Positions 13,386 to 25,651 of a DNA stretch of 55,904 nt are shown here, piece by piece. The notes under the pieces are model-generated. The model saw nothing but the letters and a program-made list of their open reading frames with translations, did not search any database and was not told where the DNA came from. The DNA is from Prorocentrum cordatum. Taxonomy: Eukaryota. The first letter of the stretch is position 1. Every line of letters begins with the position of its first letter. The position numbers and the translations under genes are program-made. The stretch lies in assembly GCA_963575745.1 (NCBI GenBank), contig CAUYUJ010000127.1, positions 62,001-117,904 of the forward strand, in the 5' to 3' direction.

Positions 13386-14633
13386 GCGCCGCCCTGTGCT
13401 GTGCCGCTCCTCCGGGGCATCTCGGCGCAGATCGGTGCCGCGCTGCGCTGCGGCGGCGGGGTCGGAGAGGACCATACGTAGGAGGAAAAGGTGCCGACAC
13501 CGCTGCCAACTCCTCGTCGCCACGGAAGGATTCGCCTCGAGATCCTGGTCAGGACGCACCTCACGAGAGGTCCGTGGAGTATGGGTGCGGTCGTGGACTT
13601 CTGGATCGAGCGTCTCGCTCCGCCAGTTCTGGTCCACCACGCTGCGGCGCGACACGCTGTGCACGTCACCCAATCCCCACGCTTCGACGTCCCGATCCTT
13701 TCCGAGCCTCTCTCCCCGCGGAGCAGAGCGACGCGCTATCAGCTTGCAGGGCATAACGTGTCGCTGGGGCCACCGCCGCACCGCCGCGGCACGGTAGGCA
13801 AGCATTCCCGACCGTGTGGGAACGTCTTTGTCACCCGTACATGAGGGCTTCGAGGAGGACTGGGACGTCTTCCCACATCGCAGCGCGCAGGCAGCTGGGG
13901 CGCCCACAGACTGCGACGACGAGGCGGGTGCCCGGGCCTCTCTCTCTGCTGCTCATCCTGCATCGCCCTGCTCCTCTCCTTTGCCTTGCTGCTCCCACCG
14001 CTCCTCCTCCGCTTCCTCCCTCTCCTCCTCCTCCTCCTCCTCCTCCTCCTCCTCCTCCTCCTCCTCCTCCTCCTCCTCACTCTCCTCCTCCTCCTCCTCC
14101 CCCTCCTCCTTCTACTCTCCTGCTGCTGATGCTGCTTTGCTGCTGCTGCTGCTGCTCTCCTCCTCCTCCTCCTCTTCCTCCCCTCCTCCTACCCTCCTCC
14201 TCCTCTTCCTCCTCCTCCTCCTCCTCCTCCCTCTCTGGAACCTGTTCGTTTCTTCAGGCGCCTGCTAGAACCTTCCAGGAAAGTGCCCAGCACCTCCGAG
14301 AACCGCCGAGACTTGCCCTAGCCTTGCCCCTGTCGTCCTCCTTCCGCCTCCCTTCCCCCCTACTTCCCAGCGCCCCTTGAGCAGAGCCCTGCAGAGAACA
14401 ATGGCGTGAAACTCGTAGTAGTGGATGCCTCGATGGGATTGCGGCTGGTCTGAAGCCGAAAGTCCCGAGCCAAGCCGAGCAGGCGACCAGGGCCATCGGG
14501 GCTCTCCTGAATCCGGGTTGCCGTCAATGCGGCCCCGCCTCGTATTGGCGTCGGACCCCGCTCCACTCCACCCAGGGAGGAGGAGGAAGAAGGAGGAGGA
14601 GGAGGAGGAGGGAGGAGGGAGGAGGGAGGAGGG

Positions 14634-14733
14634 NNNNNNNNNNNNNNNNNNNNNNNNNNNNNNNNNNNNNNNNNNNNNNNNNNNNNNNNNNNNNNNNNNN
14701 NNNNNNNNNNNNNNNNNNNNNNNNNNNNNNNNN
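14634..14733. other. Assembly gap (100 N)
   Basis: Run of N. Confidence 1.
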
Positions 14734-14855
14734 CGGAGGATATGGAGGAGCAGAACGAGCGAGCTTACTCGCAGGGGCTTCGCCCTCTGCCGCCGCCCCT
14801 CGTCATGAGCACAGCGGAGCACGTCACGGCCATCCAGATTGGGATGGTTGGACTC

Positions 14856-15631
14856 AAGTCGGGCGTGCCCCTCTCCAGGGGGGGAGAACTCAGAGATATT
14901 CAAACAATAGTCTGGGGACGACTGCTCCCTACCTAGGCTCTGCCTAGAAGGGTTCTTACTCTGTTTGCTTAAAGGGCCGGGCAGTGGGGCACGCCCCGGG
15001 CGGTTCCCCCGGCATCCGCCCCGCGGTTCCCCCAGTGACGTTCCCTTAGCTTCGCGTTGTGTATCTCATCTTAGCTTAGCTTATTTCATCTTACCTTAGC
15101 TAAGTTTCATCTGGCCTTAGTTTTATCTTAGCTTAGCTTACCTTCATCTTAGCTTCGCTGAGCTTTAGCATAGCAGAGCACAGCATAGCATGGCATAGCG
15201 TAGCATAGCATAGCGCAGCATCGCATATCATAGCAAAGCCCAGCATAGCACAGCATAGCGCAGCATAGCATAGCATGACATATCATAGCATAGCATAGCA
15301 TATCATAGCATGCCATAGCATAGCACAGCACAACATGGCATAGCATAGCATATCATATTATAGCATAGCATATCGCAGCATTGCATAGCATAACATAGCA
15401 TATCATAGCATAGCACAGCATATCATAGCATAGCATAGCGCAGCATAGCATGGCATACCATAGCATAGCATAGCATAGCATTGCATAGCATGGCAGCTAA
15501 TGCTGCGTTCCTAGGGGCTCCAACTTCTAGGTAGGGGCGCCCTGGGGTAGTTTGACTATGTTTGAGGTATGTTTAGAGTATTTCTTATTTTCCGCCCGAC
15601 ATCCCCCTGTAGGGGGGGACACGCCCGACTT
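14856..15631. mobile_element. MITE-like element, family A, long copy containing (TTAGC)n/(ATAGC)n pentanucleotide satellite
   Basis: TIRs AAGTCGGGCGTGCCCCTCTCCAGGGGG ... CCCCCTGTAGGGGGGGACACGCCCGACTT; the same ends and the internal ATAGTCTGGGGACGA occur at 25011-25175. Satellite at ~15045-15495. Confidence 0.8.
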
Positions 15632-15759
15632 AAAATCTAGACGCCCTCTTGAGGCATCGTGGGAGCTTAGTGCGAGGATGGCTGGCGATCAGCAAGCCAT
15701 ATCGTGATTTTGAAGTTCTGACTGGGCGGCTTCCTCCTCCTCCTCCTCCTCCTCCTCGA

Positions 15760-17300
15760 CATCCCACTGTCGATGTTGTACTCCTGAGGCCTCTCCTTCA
15801 TGTTGTGTATTGGCGGTCTTCTTGGAGCGACTAGGGCTGCTTGAGGCCATCTTGAGCGAGATCGTGCAGTTCCCTGCGCCCTGCTCTGTGTCCGAGGCTT
15901 CGCGACTGCGGGCGCGGCGCCGACCCATTAGGAAACGGCGCGGGGACCGAGTGCAAGGGGGCACAGTGGGCCAAGGCCTTGGCTCGAGCTCCGCCCTCGG
16001 ACCCTTCCCTTCCCCGTCCGCCTTCCCGGGTCCCTGGCCTGGCAGGCGTCAAGCTGCTGAGATGCTGCAGACAATGTCGCTCTGGTCTCAGCCTGGTTCT
16101 CTCCTCTCAGACGCCTGGCCCCGCATGGAGATGGGGGCAGGCAGCATGCCTGAAACATGCGAATACCAGACCTGCACCGTAAGCCAGGGACGGCAGCTCC
16201 CTGAGAAGGCTGGCCAAATCAGACGGAAACACGCCTCCACGCAGGCGTGGGGTGCTCATCAAGCGTCCTGAGCAAGCTGCGCAGTCTTGCTCTCAGTGTG
16301 TCAACGTACCTCCAGAGAACTTGGGCTCCCGATGGCGCCAGGTAAGTTTGCCATGACGGCCTCCTCGGCTCCTTGCCAGGTCGAGGCCCAACGGTTACTT
16401 GGGGACCTCGGGCGGGGGCTTGCCCACTGAGTAGCGCGCCTGGCCTGCGGTGTTTGCAGGAGGCCCGCAAGGGCCCCGAGGGCCCTCGCTGCGAAAGCTT
16501 GGCGTCTGGGTAGGCTCGAGGCACGGCGGCGGGGACTAGGGAGCTTCAAGGTGAAGCACGAGCACTGTGGTCGGCTGCCTCAAATGAATGTACGGCCAGC
16601 GCTCATCTTCGGAGGGCAGGTGGTCGCCTTCAGCCTGGTGCGTAGTAAGCGTCCTGTGGCTCGTCGACGTCGGCTGGGAGGTCCAGCGTCTTGCAGTTAT
16701 CTCTGGCAGAAGGGGGTGGAGGTTACGCTTACCACCCGTTCCCCAGCCTATGTGGAGCATCTTGGTTGTCAGCAGGCTAAAGACAATTTCCTTCAGCCAG
16801 TTGTCCAGCAGAAAACTCCGAACATGGAACCTGGCCGGCAAGAACTTGCTGTTGATCGTGGCCTCTGGTTGGAACGTCTATGCTGGGCTCTCGGCTCGAA
16901 AATGCCAGATCCTACGCTCGGCCACAGTAGTCCAGTTCGGCAGGCTTTCTGTGGCAGCTTGCCCGCTCGGGCCGCGGGAGCCCGCTGTGGCTTCGAGCTG
17001 CGTGGGACACCTTGCTGCAGCGGCAGGGCATGCGCGATCTGGCGCAGGCTGTGGCAATGCTCGGCCGCCCGGGACACTCGGCAGGACCCCCCCGGGAGGA
17101 TGGCGGCCCAGGGCCCGAGGCGGGGGCAGGCCGCCCCCTGTCTCCCTCGGGTCTGGCATACGCTCCGCAAGTTTGAACATGCAGGAGGTCTCCCTGTCGA
17201 GGCCACGGCCTCCACGCCATGCCTGCATGGGCACGCGCGACTCCGGCGTTCGTTCGTTCTGCGCTGCGCGGGCGCTCGCGAGGCGGACCTTGCTGGGCTG
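15760..17300 (+). pseudogene. Frameshifted LINE ORF2 remnant (RT domain 3 to C-terminal CCHC-like finger)
   Basis: Ordered decayed motifs: FLERLGLLEAIL, WAKALARA, ELGLPMAPGKFAMTASS, LRKLGV, VRPALIFGGQVVAFS, LVDVGW, then RQAFCGSL...PCC...WRRLWQC. Confidence 0.55.
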
Positions 17301-18065
17301 GCTGCGCGCCGCGTCGCGCGGCTCCCCAAGGTGCCCGCCTGGGGGGGCTCCGCGGCGGGCGTGGGCGATCGCGCCTGCCGCCCGCTTCTGCCCAGCAGGA
17401 CCACAGCACGGCTGCACCTCGACTGGCCGCCCCCCAGGCGTGGAGTCCGACCCTGCCTCGCGAGGGCTGCCGGCCACGTGAGCCCAGACAGGATCGCGTC
17501 GGTTGACAGAATCAGGACGGCGGGTCTTCGGCCGTGTTCGGCCTCGTGGGGCCCTCGCGGGGCCTCGGGACCGTCCACAGAACGACTCAGGATGCACGGC
17601 TGGTCCCGGGGAAAGGGGTCGGGGCTTCGCCTGTCTGGGAGCATGAGGAGGAGGAGGAGGAGGAGGAGGAGGAGGAAGGAGGAGGAGGAGTAGGAGGATG
17701 AGGAGGAGGAGGAGAGGAGAGGTGAGGAGGAGGAGGAGGAGAAGAAGGGAGGAGAAAGAGAGGGAGGAGGAGGAGGGAGGAGGGAGAGAGGAGGAGGAGG
17801 AGGAGGAGGAGAGGGAGGGAGAGGAGGAGGAGGAGGAGGAGGAGGAGGAGGAGGAGGCGCCGCCCCGAACAAAAATCAGGACGCTGCATGTCTGGGAGCC
17901 TCCCTCGCTCCCGCCCGGCCCCCATCCCCTTCTCGGGCGGGGGCGGCGCACCTCCGAGGCCTCCCGCCGCGCTCGCCCGAGCCGGGCCGTCGGCCGCCCA
18001 CGGGCGGGAGGTCGCGGGCAGGCCGTGGCGATCGCAGCGCAGCCCCGCACCGACGTGCACCGCCC

Positions 18066-18260
18066 TCGGGCCGGGCGAAAGGGGGGGATTGGGAAAGGGG
18101 GGGTTACGAAATTTGCTGCATGCAGCTGGTTTCGGCCTCACCGAGGGACCCCATTCCTCGAGACATAGCCGCCTCCGGCGCCTGGAGGCGCTGGGAAAGT
18201 CAGCTACGTGAGCCGATTCTCACCCCCCCCCTTGCTATCCCCCCCTTTCGCCCGACCCGA
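18066..18260. mobile_element. ~195-bp MITE-like element with ~35-40-bp imperfect TIRs (family D)
   Basis: TCGGGCCGGGCGAAAGGGGGGGATTGGGAAAGGGGGGG ... CCCCCCCCCTTGCTATCCCCCCCTTTCGCCCGACCCGA. Confidence 0.7.
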
Positions 18261-18489
18261 CACCCTGCCCAAGCGTCACCATGACCCGACCCTGCCCCTG
18301 GCCTTCGGTCCCAGGCAACTTGTTGCCCTTGGAGCCTGTTCGTCAGCGGTGCACTGCAGACAAAAAAAACCATGGCCCGACCCCCTCGGGTAATCAACGA
18401 TGGCGGTTGGGAAGAATAACCGTTGGCCACGGTCCTCCCCAGGCCGTGCGACTCTACCAACACCTGTTATGCAACCCACGTGGAGCACT

Positions 18490-18790
18490 GCAGGAGGTGC
18501 TGTCTACGCGGTGCAGTCAATGTTGTGCAGTGTTTGTTGTGCAATCCGTGTGGGGCGCTCTGTGTGGTGTAATCTACGTGGTGCAAGCTGCTTCATCTAA
18601 TATTTGTTGTTCAATATATGTTGTGGAATGTATGTTGTGCCATTTTCTGTTGCAACCCATGCTGGGCAATCTATGTTGTGGAATGCATGTTCTGCACATG
18701 ATGTGGTGCAGTATAACTGGGGCAACTTGTGCTGCGTTCAATATATGCATTCAGCGTGGTGCAATCGATGTGGGGGAATTAGTTCTGCAG
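18490..18790. repeat. Degenerate short-period repeat (ATGTTGTG/TGTGGTGCA-like)
   Basis: Recurring TGTTGTG.A / GTGGTGCA motifs. Confidence 0.7.
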
Positions 18791-19804
18791 GTTTTGGGAA
18801 TGTCAGATCCACCGCTCGAGGCCACCTCCAAGGCTCGTGCAAACATCCCACCCACACACCCGTTATTTGGGTTGGCGGCGATGGTGATGACGAAGACGAC
18901 TCTGATATTGCGGTGGCGATTGCGATGACTGCATGGCCATGGTTGGTGCATCTCTGCAGCCGCGCTGGCGGGCGCAAGCTCGCGTCCAGCCGATGCGTGC
19001 GATGGCGCTTACGCGTGGACATTTCCCAGCGCGCATCATAGTCCGCGCTGGCGCGCGGGCGCTTTAATGTGGGTCGGTGTATCGGGCGGGCGCGTTATCA
19101 TGATGACGACAACAGCGGCAACGATGATGGTAGCGCTGAGGGCGGTGGCGATGATGGTCACGAGAGCAAGGCCCTCGACGGCGCCGATGCTGGCAACGCC
19201 GATGACAATGATGATGCATTCTTGCTTGACAGTGATCGCGACCCCCCCCCCCACCCCCCAGAAAACGCGCAAGGGTGTTTGGATGATCCCATCGAGCGCG
19301 CGCGAGCGGCCCAGGGTGTCTCATTTGCCAAACATGCTGCAACACTGAGGGCTCGTGTGATCTCGAAATCCTTGCGGCAACAGTTTTTGTTGGAACTCGA
19401 CACGCGTGCGCGTCGACGCGCGCGTGTGAACTTTGTTTCGTGTTGTTCGGCTACGTCGTTGGACAGCGGCTGGTTTTCGATAAACGGATGCGCGCGCGTA
19501 GTATTGTTTGACAGGGGTGGGAGAGAGGGGGCGAGCAGGACCTTCTCTGGCATGGTGCGGTTTATATCGCTTTCCAATTCAACGATGGGGCAACCTAATC
19601 TGTTATTTGCAGTGTCCCACGGGGGCATCGATAATCTCAGGGGGCGGGTGGTAGAGCTTATGTGTGGTGCGCACTCCACGTGGTACGGTCGGCGCGGTGC
19701 AGCTCACGTGGTGGAACTCGGGTCGGAGAGCTCGGGGTTGTCAACTCCACTGCTCGAGACCGCCTCCGCTCCTCGACCAAGCATGTTTGGCCGCGTACAG
19801 CGAG

Positions 19805-19978
19805 CGGCTTGAACAAGGAACACTTCCTTTTCAAAAGGGGCTCGGTCGTTCCTTAGGTTCACATGCCTTGCTTACAGTTCTTCCTCATGCGTTATGTATT
19901 ACGTATCGCTCCGTATGCGCTATTCCTTGGGATAAGAAGGGGCTTCGTTCCTCATCTATCGCTCCTTAAGTCAGGCCG
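19805..19978. mobile_element. ~175-bp MITE-like element, family C, copy 2
   Basis: TIRs CGGCTTGAACAAGGAAC ... GCTCCTTAAGTCAGGCCG; internal GGGGCTC.GT.GTTCCTTA.G is shared with 4841-5004. Confidence 0.6.
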
Positions 19979-20024
19979 ATGGCTGCACGCACGGGCCCAG
20001 GCGGCGTTGGAAAGCGGCCGACGG

Positions 20025-20409
20025 CGGAGGAGGAGGCGGAGGCGGAGGCGGAGGAGGAGGAGGAGGAGGAGGAGGAGGCGGAGGAGGAGGCGGAGGAGGA
20101 GGAGGAGGAGGAGGAGGAGGAGGAGGAGGAGAGGCGGAGGAGGAGGAGGAGAGGGAGGAGGAGGAGGAGGAGGCGGCGGAGGAGGAGGAGGAGGGGGAGG
20201 AGGAGGAGGAGGGCAGCGGGGCCCTGGTGCGCAGAGGGGGTCGGAGAGCGGGCCGGCCGCCGGGGCGGGCAGCGGAGGAGGGGGGCGGAGAGGCGCGTCG
20301 TCGTCGTCGGCCGTCGGTCGTCCGTCGTCGGTCGTCGTCGACGTCGTCGTCGCCATCGTCGTCGTCGACGCGGTCGTCGTAGGTCGTCGGTCGTCGGTGT
20401 CGTCGGTAG

Positions 20410-20499
<90 letters not shown>

Positions 20500-20520
20500 C
20501 GTCGTCGGTTGTCGGTCGTC
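20025..20520. repeat. (GGA)n and (GTC)n microsatellites
   Basis: Seen directly. Confidence 0.95.
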
Positions 20521-21974
20521 GGCACTCCTGGAGCGTGAGAGTGCCCACGAGCAGGGCCGGGGCCAGCCCTGCCACGCCTTGCCAGCCCTGGCCGGTCTCC
20601 CTGCCGCTTTCCAGCCCCGACGGCCTCGTCCCAACCGTCTTGGGCCCGCCCTGGCCACGTCCACTGTCACAGGACTTCCTGCTTGCGTACCCCGGGGGCC
20701 TCTCGGTGGCCTCGCTCCCGAGGCCTCCTGGCGGCTGCCTGGTGCTGCCCGGGTAGTCTCCCAGAGCCCTCCAGGGATTGGGCAAGGATGGAGGGCAGAT
20801 CTGTGCACTTGCGCAAAGTGTTGGAACAAAAGCCTCGGCTATTACGCATGTTCGGGAACTTCGATGTGGAATGATGAACGAACGTGTTGTTTTTGAAGTG
20901 TTCCAACATTGTGCGCGCGACGACGCTCGTGTGGAATCATAGCCAGTTGTTTGGCAAGGAACGTTTGGACATTTATCGAATGGCCTTCGGCTCATCCCGC
21001 CACTGTGCCTGGGTTGCGGGGATCGCGCAGCGTGAAGTCGAAGTCCTTGAGGGCGCGGGCCACGGGTAAAGCACCATGTCCGGAGAGCGTTCCGGATAGA
21101 CTTGCCAGGTGTATGCAAGGGGTGCAGGATGCAGAGCCAGTGCAAGCTTTCATGCTCGGGGAGCATCCCACCCACCCACCCGTAAGTTGGCTGGCAGAAC
21201 CTCGTCAGGCGACGATGACGATGACGAAGGCGACGTTGACCCATGCGGCGGCGATTGCGATGGCTGCTTGGTCATGGCTGGCGCATCTCTGCGACCGCGC
21301 TGGCGCGCGCAAGTTCGCGCGCAGCCGATGCGGCCGCGATGGCGCTTACCGATGGGAATTTCCCACCGCGCGTGATAGTCCGCGCTGGCGAACGGGCAGT
21401 TCAATTCGGGCCGGTGTCTCGGGCGGGCGCGATACGACGCCGGCAACGGTAGCAACGACGATGGTAGTGGCGAAGGTGGTGCCGCGGCTCCGATGTTGGT
21501 AACGCCGACGCAAATTATAATGTCCATGTGTCGCAGGCGGCCTTTGTGTTGCAAAGATTTGGCCGACGCGCGCGCGCGCTCCATGCGCATTGCATCATCT
21601 GGCCAGGGTCGTGCCCTCCCCCTCTCTGCACAGCACGCGCGCAAGGGCGTTCGAAGGGCTTCGGCGTTTGTACGCGAGAGGCCCGCGTAGTCCCGTTCAG
21701 AATTATGTTGCAACCTGTGGTTTCACAAGGCCGCGCGCGCAGATCAATGTACTTGCGCAAATTGTTGGAAAAAGCCTTGGCTACTATTTGTGTTCGGGAA
21801 CTTCGATTTGGAACCTGAGAGCGTGCTGCTTTTGAAGTGTTCCAACATGTGCGCGCGGCGACCCGCGCGTGCAATAATAGCCACTTGTTTGGCAAGGAAC
21901 GTTTGGACATTTATCGAATGGCCTTCGGCTCATCCCGCCACTGTGCCTGGGTTGTGGGGATGAAGCCTATTGGA

Positions 21975-22610
21975 TGGTCGTTGGGATCTCGTGGGGGGCT
22001 TCTCGGGAGCCTCGTGGAGGTAGTTCGGACGCCTCTTGGGGGCCTCTTCGGGCCTCTTTGGGGCCTCTTTTGGGCCTCTTGGAGGACTCTTGGGTCCTCC
22101 TAGGGGCCTCTTGGAAGCATCGTGGGGCCTCCTGGGCCTCTTTGGGCCTCCTGAGGGCCTCTTGGGGCGGAAGGCTTGGTTTTTGTTGGATCGTGCTCCC
22201 TCTTTGGAACCCCTTTTGGGGCCGTCTTGGGACCTTCTGGGGCCGTTTGGGGCGCCTCTTGGGTTGTCTTGGGGCCCTCTTGGTCCGTTTTGGAGCCCTC
22301 TTGGAGGCCTCTTAGGCTGTCTTGGGGCGGTCTTGGGGGCTTCTAGGGCCGTCTGGGAGCGTCGGGAAGCCGAAAAGGCGAGAACGCCAACATCCTTCAA
22401 ACTCTCAGGACAATCAATGATTTTGGCCTCTTGGGGCCCTCTTAGGAGGCCTCTTGGGGGTCCTCTTTGGAAGTCTTCGAGGCCTCTTGGGCCGTCGGGG
22501 GGCTCATCTTGAACGTCTTGGAGCGATCGTTCGGCGACTCGGGGCCTCGTTGGACCGTCTCGGAGCCTTCTTGGGGCCCTCTTGGCGCGTCTTGGGGCCC
22601 TCCTGGGTCC
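21975..22610. repeat. Degenerate (GGGCCTCTTG)-type minisatellite
   Basis: Many ~10-11-bp GGGCCTCTT(G) variants. Confidence 0.9.
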
Positions 22611-23448
22611 GAACCAGTCGTGCGACAAGGCGCGGGGGAACCGCGGGCGGGCCTTGGAAGATTTGGCGCGAGAGGCTCCGCACCCCTTTAAGAACTTCTC
22701 GGAAGTGGCAACTGAGGCTCAGAGGGGTGCTTGGCATCGCTCGGACGTGTGCACTTTTCCTTCGGCGAGGACCATCGAGGAGCATCCTTGATCATTCGGC
22801 GAAAAAAACAGGCACGACACCGAAACAAAAACACAGGGAATGGACGTCCGAGCGATGGCGAGGGTAGTGGAAGGACCTGAGGCCACGCCCACTCCGTGCC
22901 CAGCGGCACAGTGGCGGATGGTGGTTGGTAGGTGCGTGCGCGCGCGCAGTATGATTTGACAGGGGGGGAAGCGGGGCGATAAAAGAGTCCTCCATGCGGT
23001 TCTATGAACCTACATGTAAAACGAACGGGGGGGCAAATTCATCTGTACATCGCAGTGTCGGGTGTCGATGATCCCGGGAGGGGTGGTAGGTTAATTTTTG
23101 CTTGGTGTGTGCAACAAGAGTTGGCAGCTCCAGTGCTCGCGCAATCATCCCACCCACCCGCCTGCAGCAAGGTCTGCAAAACCCATGTGGCGCCGATTGG
23201 GATGACTGCTTGGCGCTGGCTGGCACATCTCTGCGGCCGCGCTGGCGCGCGCATGCTCGCGCACACAGCGGTCAGCTAGTTTGGCACAGCCGACGAGGCC
23301 GCGACAGCGCTAACCGATGGGGTATTCCCAGCGCGTCTGACTGACCGCGCTGGCGCGCGGACACTTCACTGCGAGTCGGTGACCCAGGCGAGCGCAGTAT
23401 CATGGCGACGTCGACAAGAGTGGAAACGACGATGTTGAAGATGATGAA

Positions 23449-23506
<58 letters not shown>

Positions 23507-23637
23507 CTGATGCTGATGCTGATGCTGATGATGATGATGCTGATCATGATCATGATCATGATGATGATGAGGAGGATGATGATGATAGCGATGAGGGTGG
23601 CGATGGTGATGATGACGACGATGACGACGACGACGAC

Positions 23638-23685
<48 letters not shown>

Positions 23686-24084
23686 AATGATGCCAATGTG
23701 TCGACGATGAAGGTGTTGGAATAATTTCGACATGCACGCGCGGCCAACGCGCGCGATATTTTCCGAGCCATTGATCTTGACATCCGTATGAAGTCGAAGG
23801 TTTGACTGAGTCCGGCAAGCGGGCGCGAGGACGCGCGTGTAGACGCTCTTCCGTGCTTTCCAATCGGTTTTTGAAAATGGACGATTGTTCATAAACGAAT
23901 GCGCGCGCATAGTACGATTAAAAGGGATGGAGGGAAAGGGTCGATAAAAGGTGTGGTTGGGATGGTATGAGGTCAATTGTGTAAGTGAGCGATGGTAAGC
24001 AAATTGCAGTACCCCAAAGTGGGTTGATAAATTGGGGGGGGTCGAGGCTACATCCCATGTAGAAGAGAATATCTACGTTGTGCA

Positions 24085-24362
24085 ATGCGGCGACAGGGCG
24101 GCGACGGCGACCACGGAATGACCAGACCACCAACCAGGCCCAGACGACTGGCGGGGACGAGGCAGCGATGGGGCGATAACGGCGACCGCGGAGTGACCAG
24201 ACCACCAAACAGGGCCAGACGACGGGCGGCGACGAGGCGGCGACGGGGTGGCCATGGCGAGCGACCACGGAGTCGCCAGAGGGCCAAACCAGGCCCAGAC
24301 GATGGGCGGCGACTGGGCGGCGACGGCGACCAAGGGTGCCGCCAGACCGCCAACCAGGCCCG
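24085..24362. repeat. ~4 x ~75-bp tandem repeat
   Basis: CCAGACC.CCAA.CAGG.CCAGACGA recurs at ~24122, ~24197, ~24277 and ~24341. Confidence 0.8.
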
Positions 24363-25010
24363 GTTCCTTACAACACGAGTAAGAACCCCATAAGCGCGAG
24401 CATTTTTGGGGGACAGACGAGATAATGTGATTGCCCATCGTGATCAGGCCCAGGCGGCAGTGATTCCGACGCCCTCCGTATCGATGGTGAGCGCTTGACT
24501 GACCACTAATTGTGCAAACGTTGTGGCTGAGGAGGGGTGGTTCCCCCGAGGGGCAATGACCTCATCGGCATATCTCTCAAGGTTTACGCTACGCTGACCG
24601 AGGGTGGGTAACGTATTATTGTGTTGGCAGGCGGCGGGGCTAAGAGAGAACGTCGACAACCCCCTCGGGCGCACGTCTGCCCACCGGGTTGTGCGGGGAG
24701 GAGCCGCTCGCCTGATCTTGGGCTGAGGGAGGAGCAGAGTGATGATGAGGAGGTGGACGAGAACGTGGACGAGGATGATGATGAGCAGGAGACGACGGAG
24801 GAGGTAGTGGGAGGCTGACCGCTGGTGACCTAACCACCCCCGCGTCACGCGACAGGCAGGGGAGAGCTCATGTTTCAATGTGATGTTTGGGTGCTCTGTT
24901 GTGGGAGTGCTTTGCTCCAGCCTCGCGGCGGCGAGACCATCCAGGAACGCAGCTCCACAATCACGGGCGGTGATGCCCGCGAGGGCGCCCGACGCAAACC
25001 GATCAGTCAA

Positions 25011-25175
25011 GTCTCAAGTCGGGCGTGCCCCTCGACAGGGGGAATATTCAAGAATAGTCCAGACATAGTCTGGGGACGATTGTTGGATTACTTTTGGGTA
25101 TTTTGGGGGTATTGCTTGAGTTTTTTTTTGTTCGCCCAAAATCCCCCTGTATGGGGGACACGCCCGACTGAAGAC
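25011..25175. mobile_element. MITE-like element, family A, short copy (165 bp)
   Basis: GTCTCAAGTCGGGCGTGCCCCTCGACAGGGGGAAT ... ATCCCCCTGTATGGGGGACACGCCCGACTGAAGAC. Confidence 0.8.
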
Positions 25176-25651
25176 CAGTTCCGCGAAGAAATCGAATAGT
25201 AATCGAATGGAACCGCGGGGACTTCGAATACCTACGAATCAGAATCTCGACCTGGTATCAGCGCGCGGGCGAGAATACTTCAGGTGAAATCAGTGTGTTT
25301 ATCGGCGCATGCAGAAACGCAAAACAGACATTAACCGGAATCCGCGGAACCCCCCAGGAAATCGCTCTTGACACCGCTCGTTGTGAGGAAGACCGAATTG
25401 CAGGGGTCGGTTAAGAGGGGGGGGATGACTAGGGGGGAGGTGGATACCATGGCCAGGGGCAGGATCTCTCGTCGGAGTTCATGGGGCCTCTTCTCATGTC
25501 AATGCGTCTCCTGGCCCCCCCCCGCTGGGCAGCGCACGTGCCTCGGGCCGCGACTCGCGCGCCCCCCTCTTGGACGCCCCCCTTCCGGGACGCCCCCGAG
25601 AATCGCGCCTGAGGCCATGCCCCGCGAGATCAGCTCACACTGGGCGGAGAC

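Larger units (their letters stand above)
18830..24060 (+). repeat. Three diverged, interrupted copies of a ~0.9-1 kb repeat in direct orientation
   Basis: Block CATCCCACCCAC...CATCTCTGC.GCCGCGCTGGCG.GCGCA..CTCGCG...TTCCCA.CGCG occurs at ~18845, ~21164 and ~23146. A second block TGCGCGCGC..AGTA...TTGACAGGGG occurs at ~19490, ~22938 and ~23900. Confidence 0.8.

Noticed and set aside
24440..24800. Possible DDE transposase fragment (WFPRGAMTSS plus acidic tail)
   Set aside because: Resemblance is too weak and interrupted by stops.
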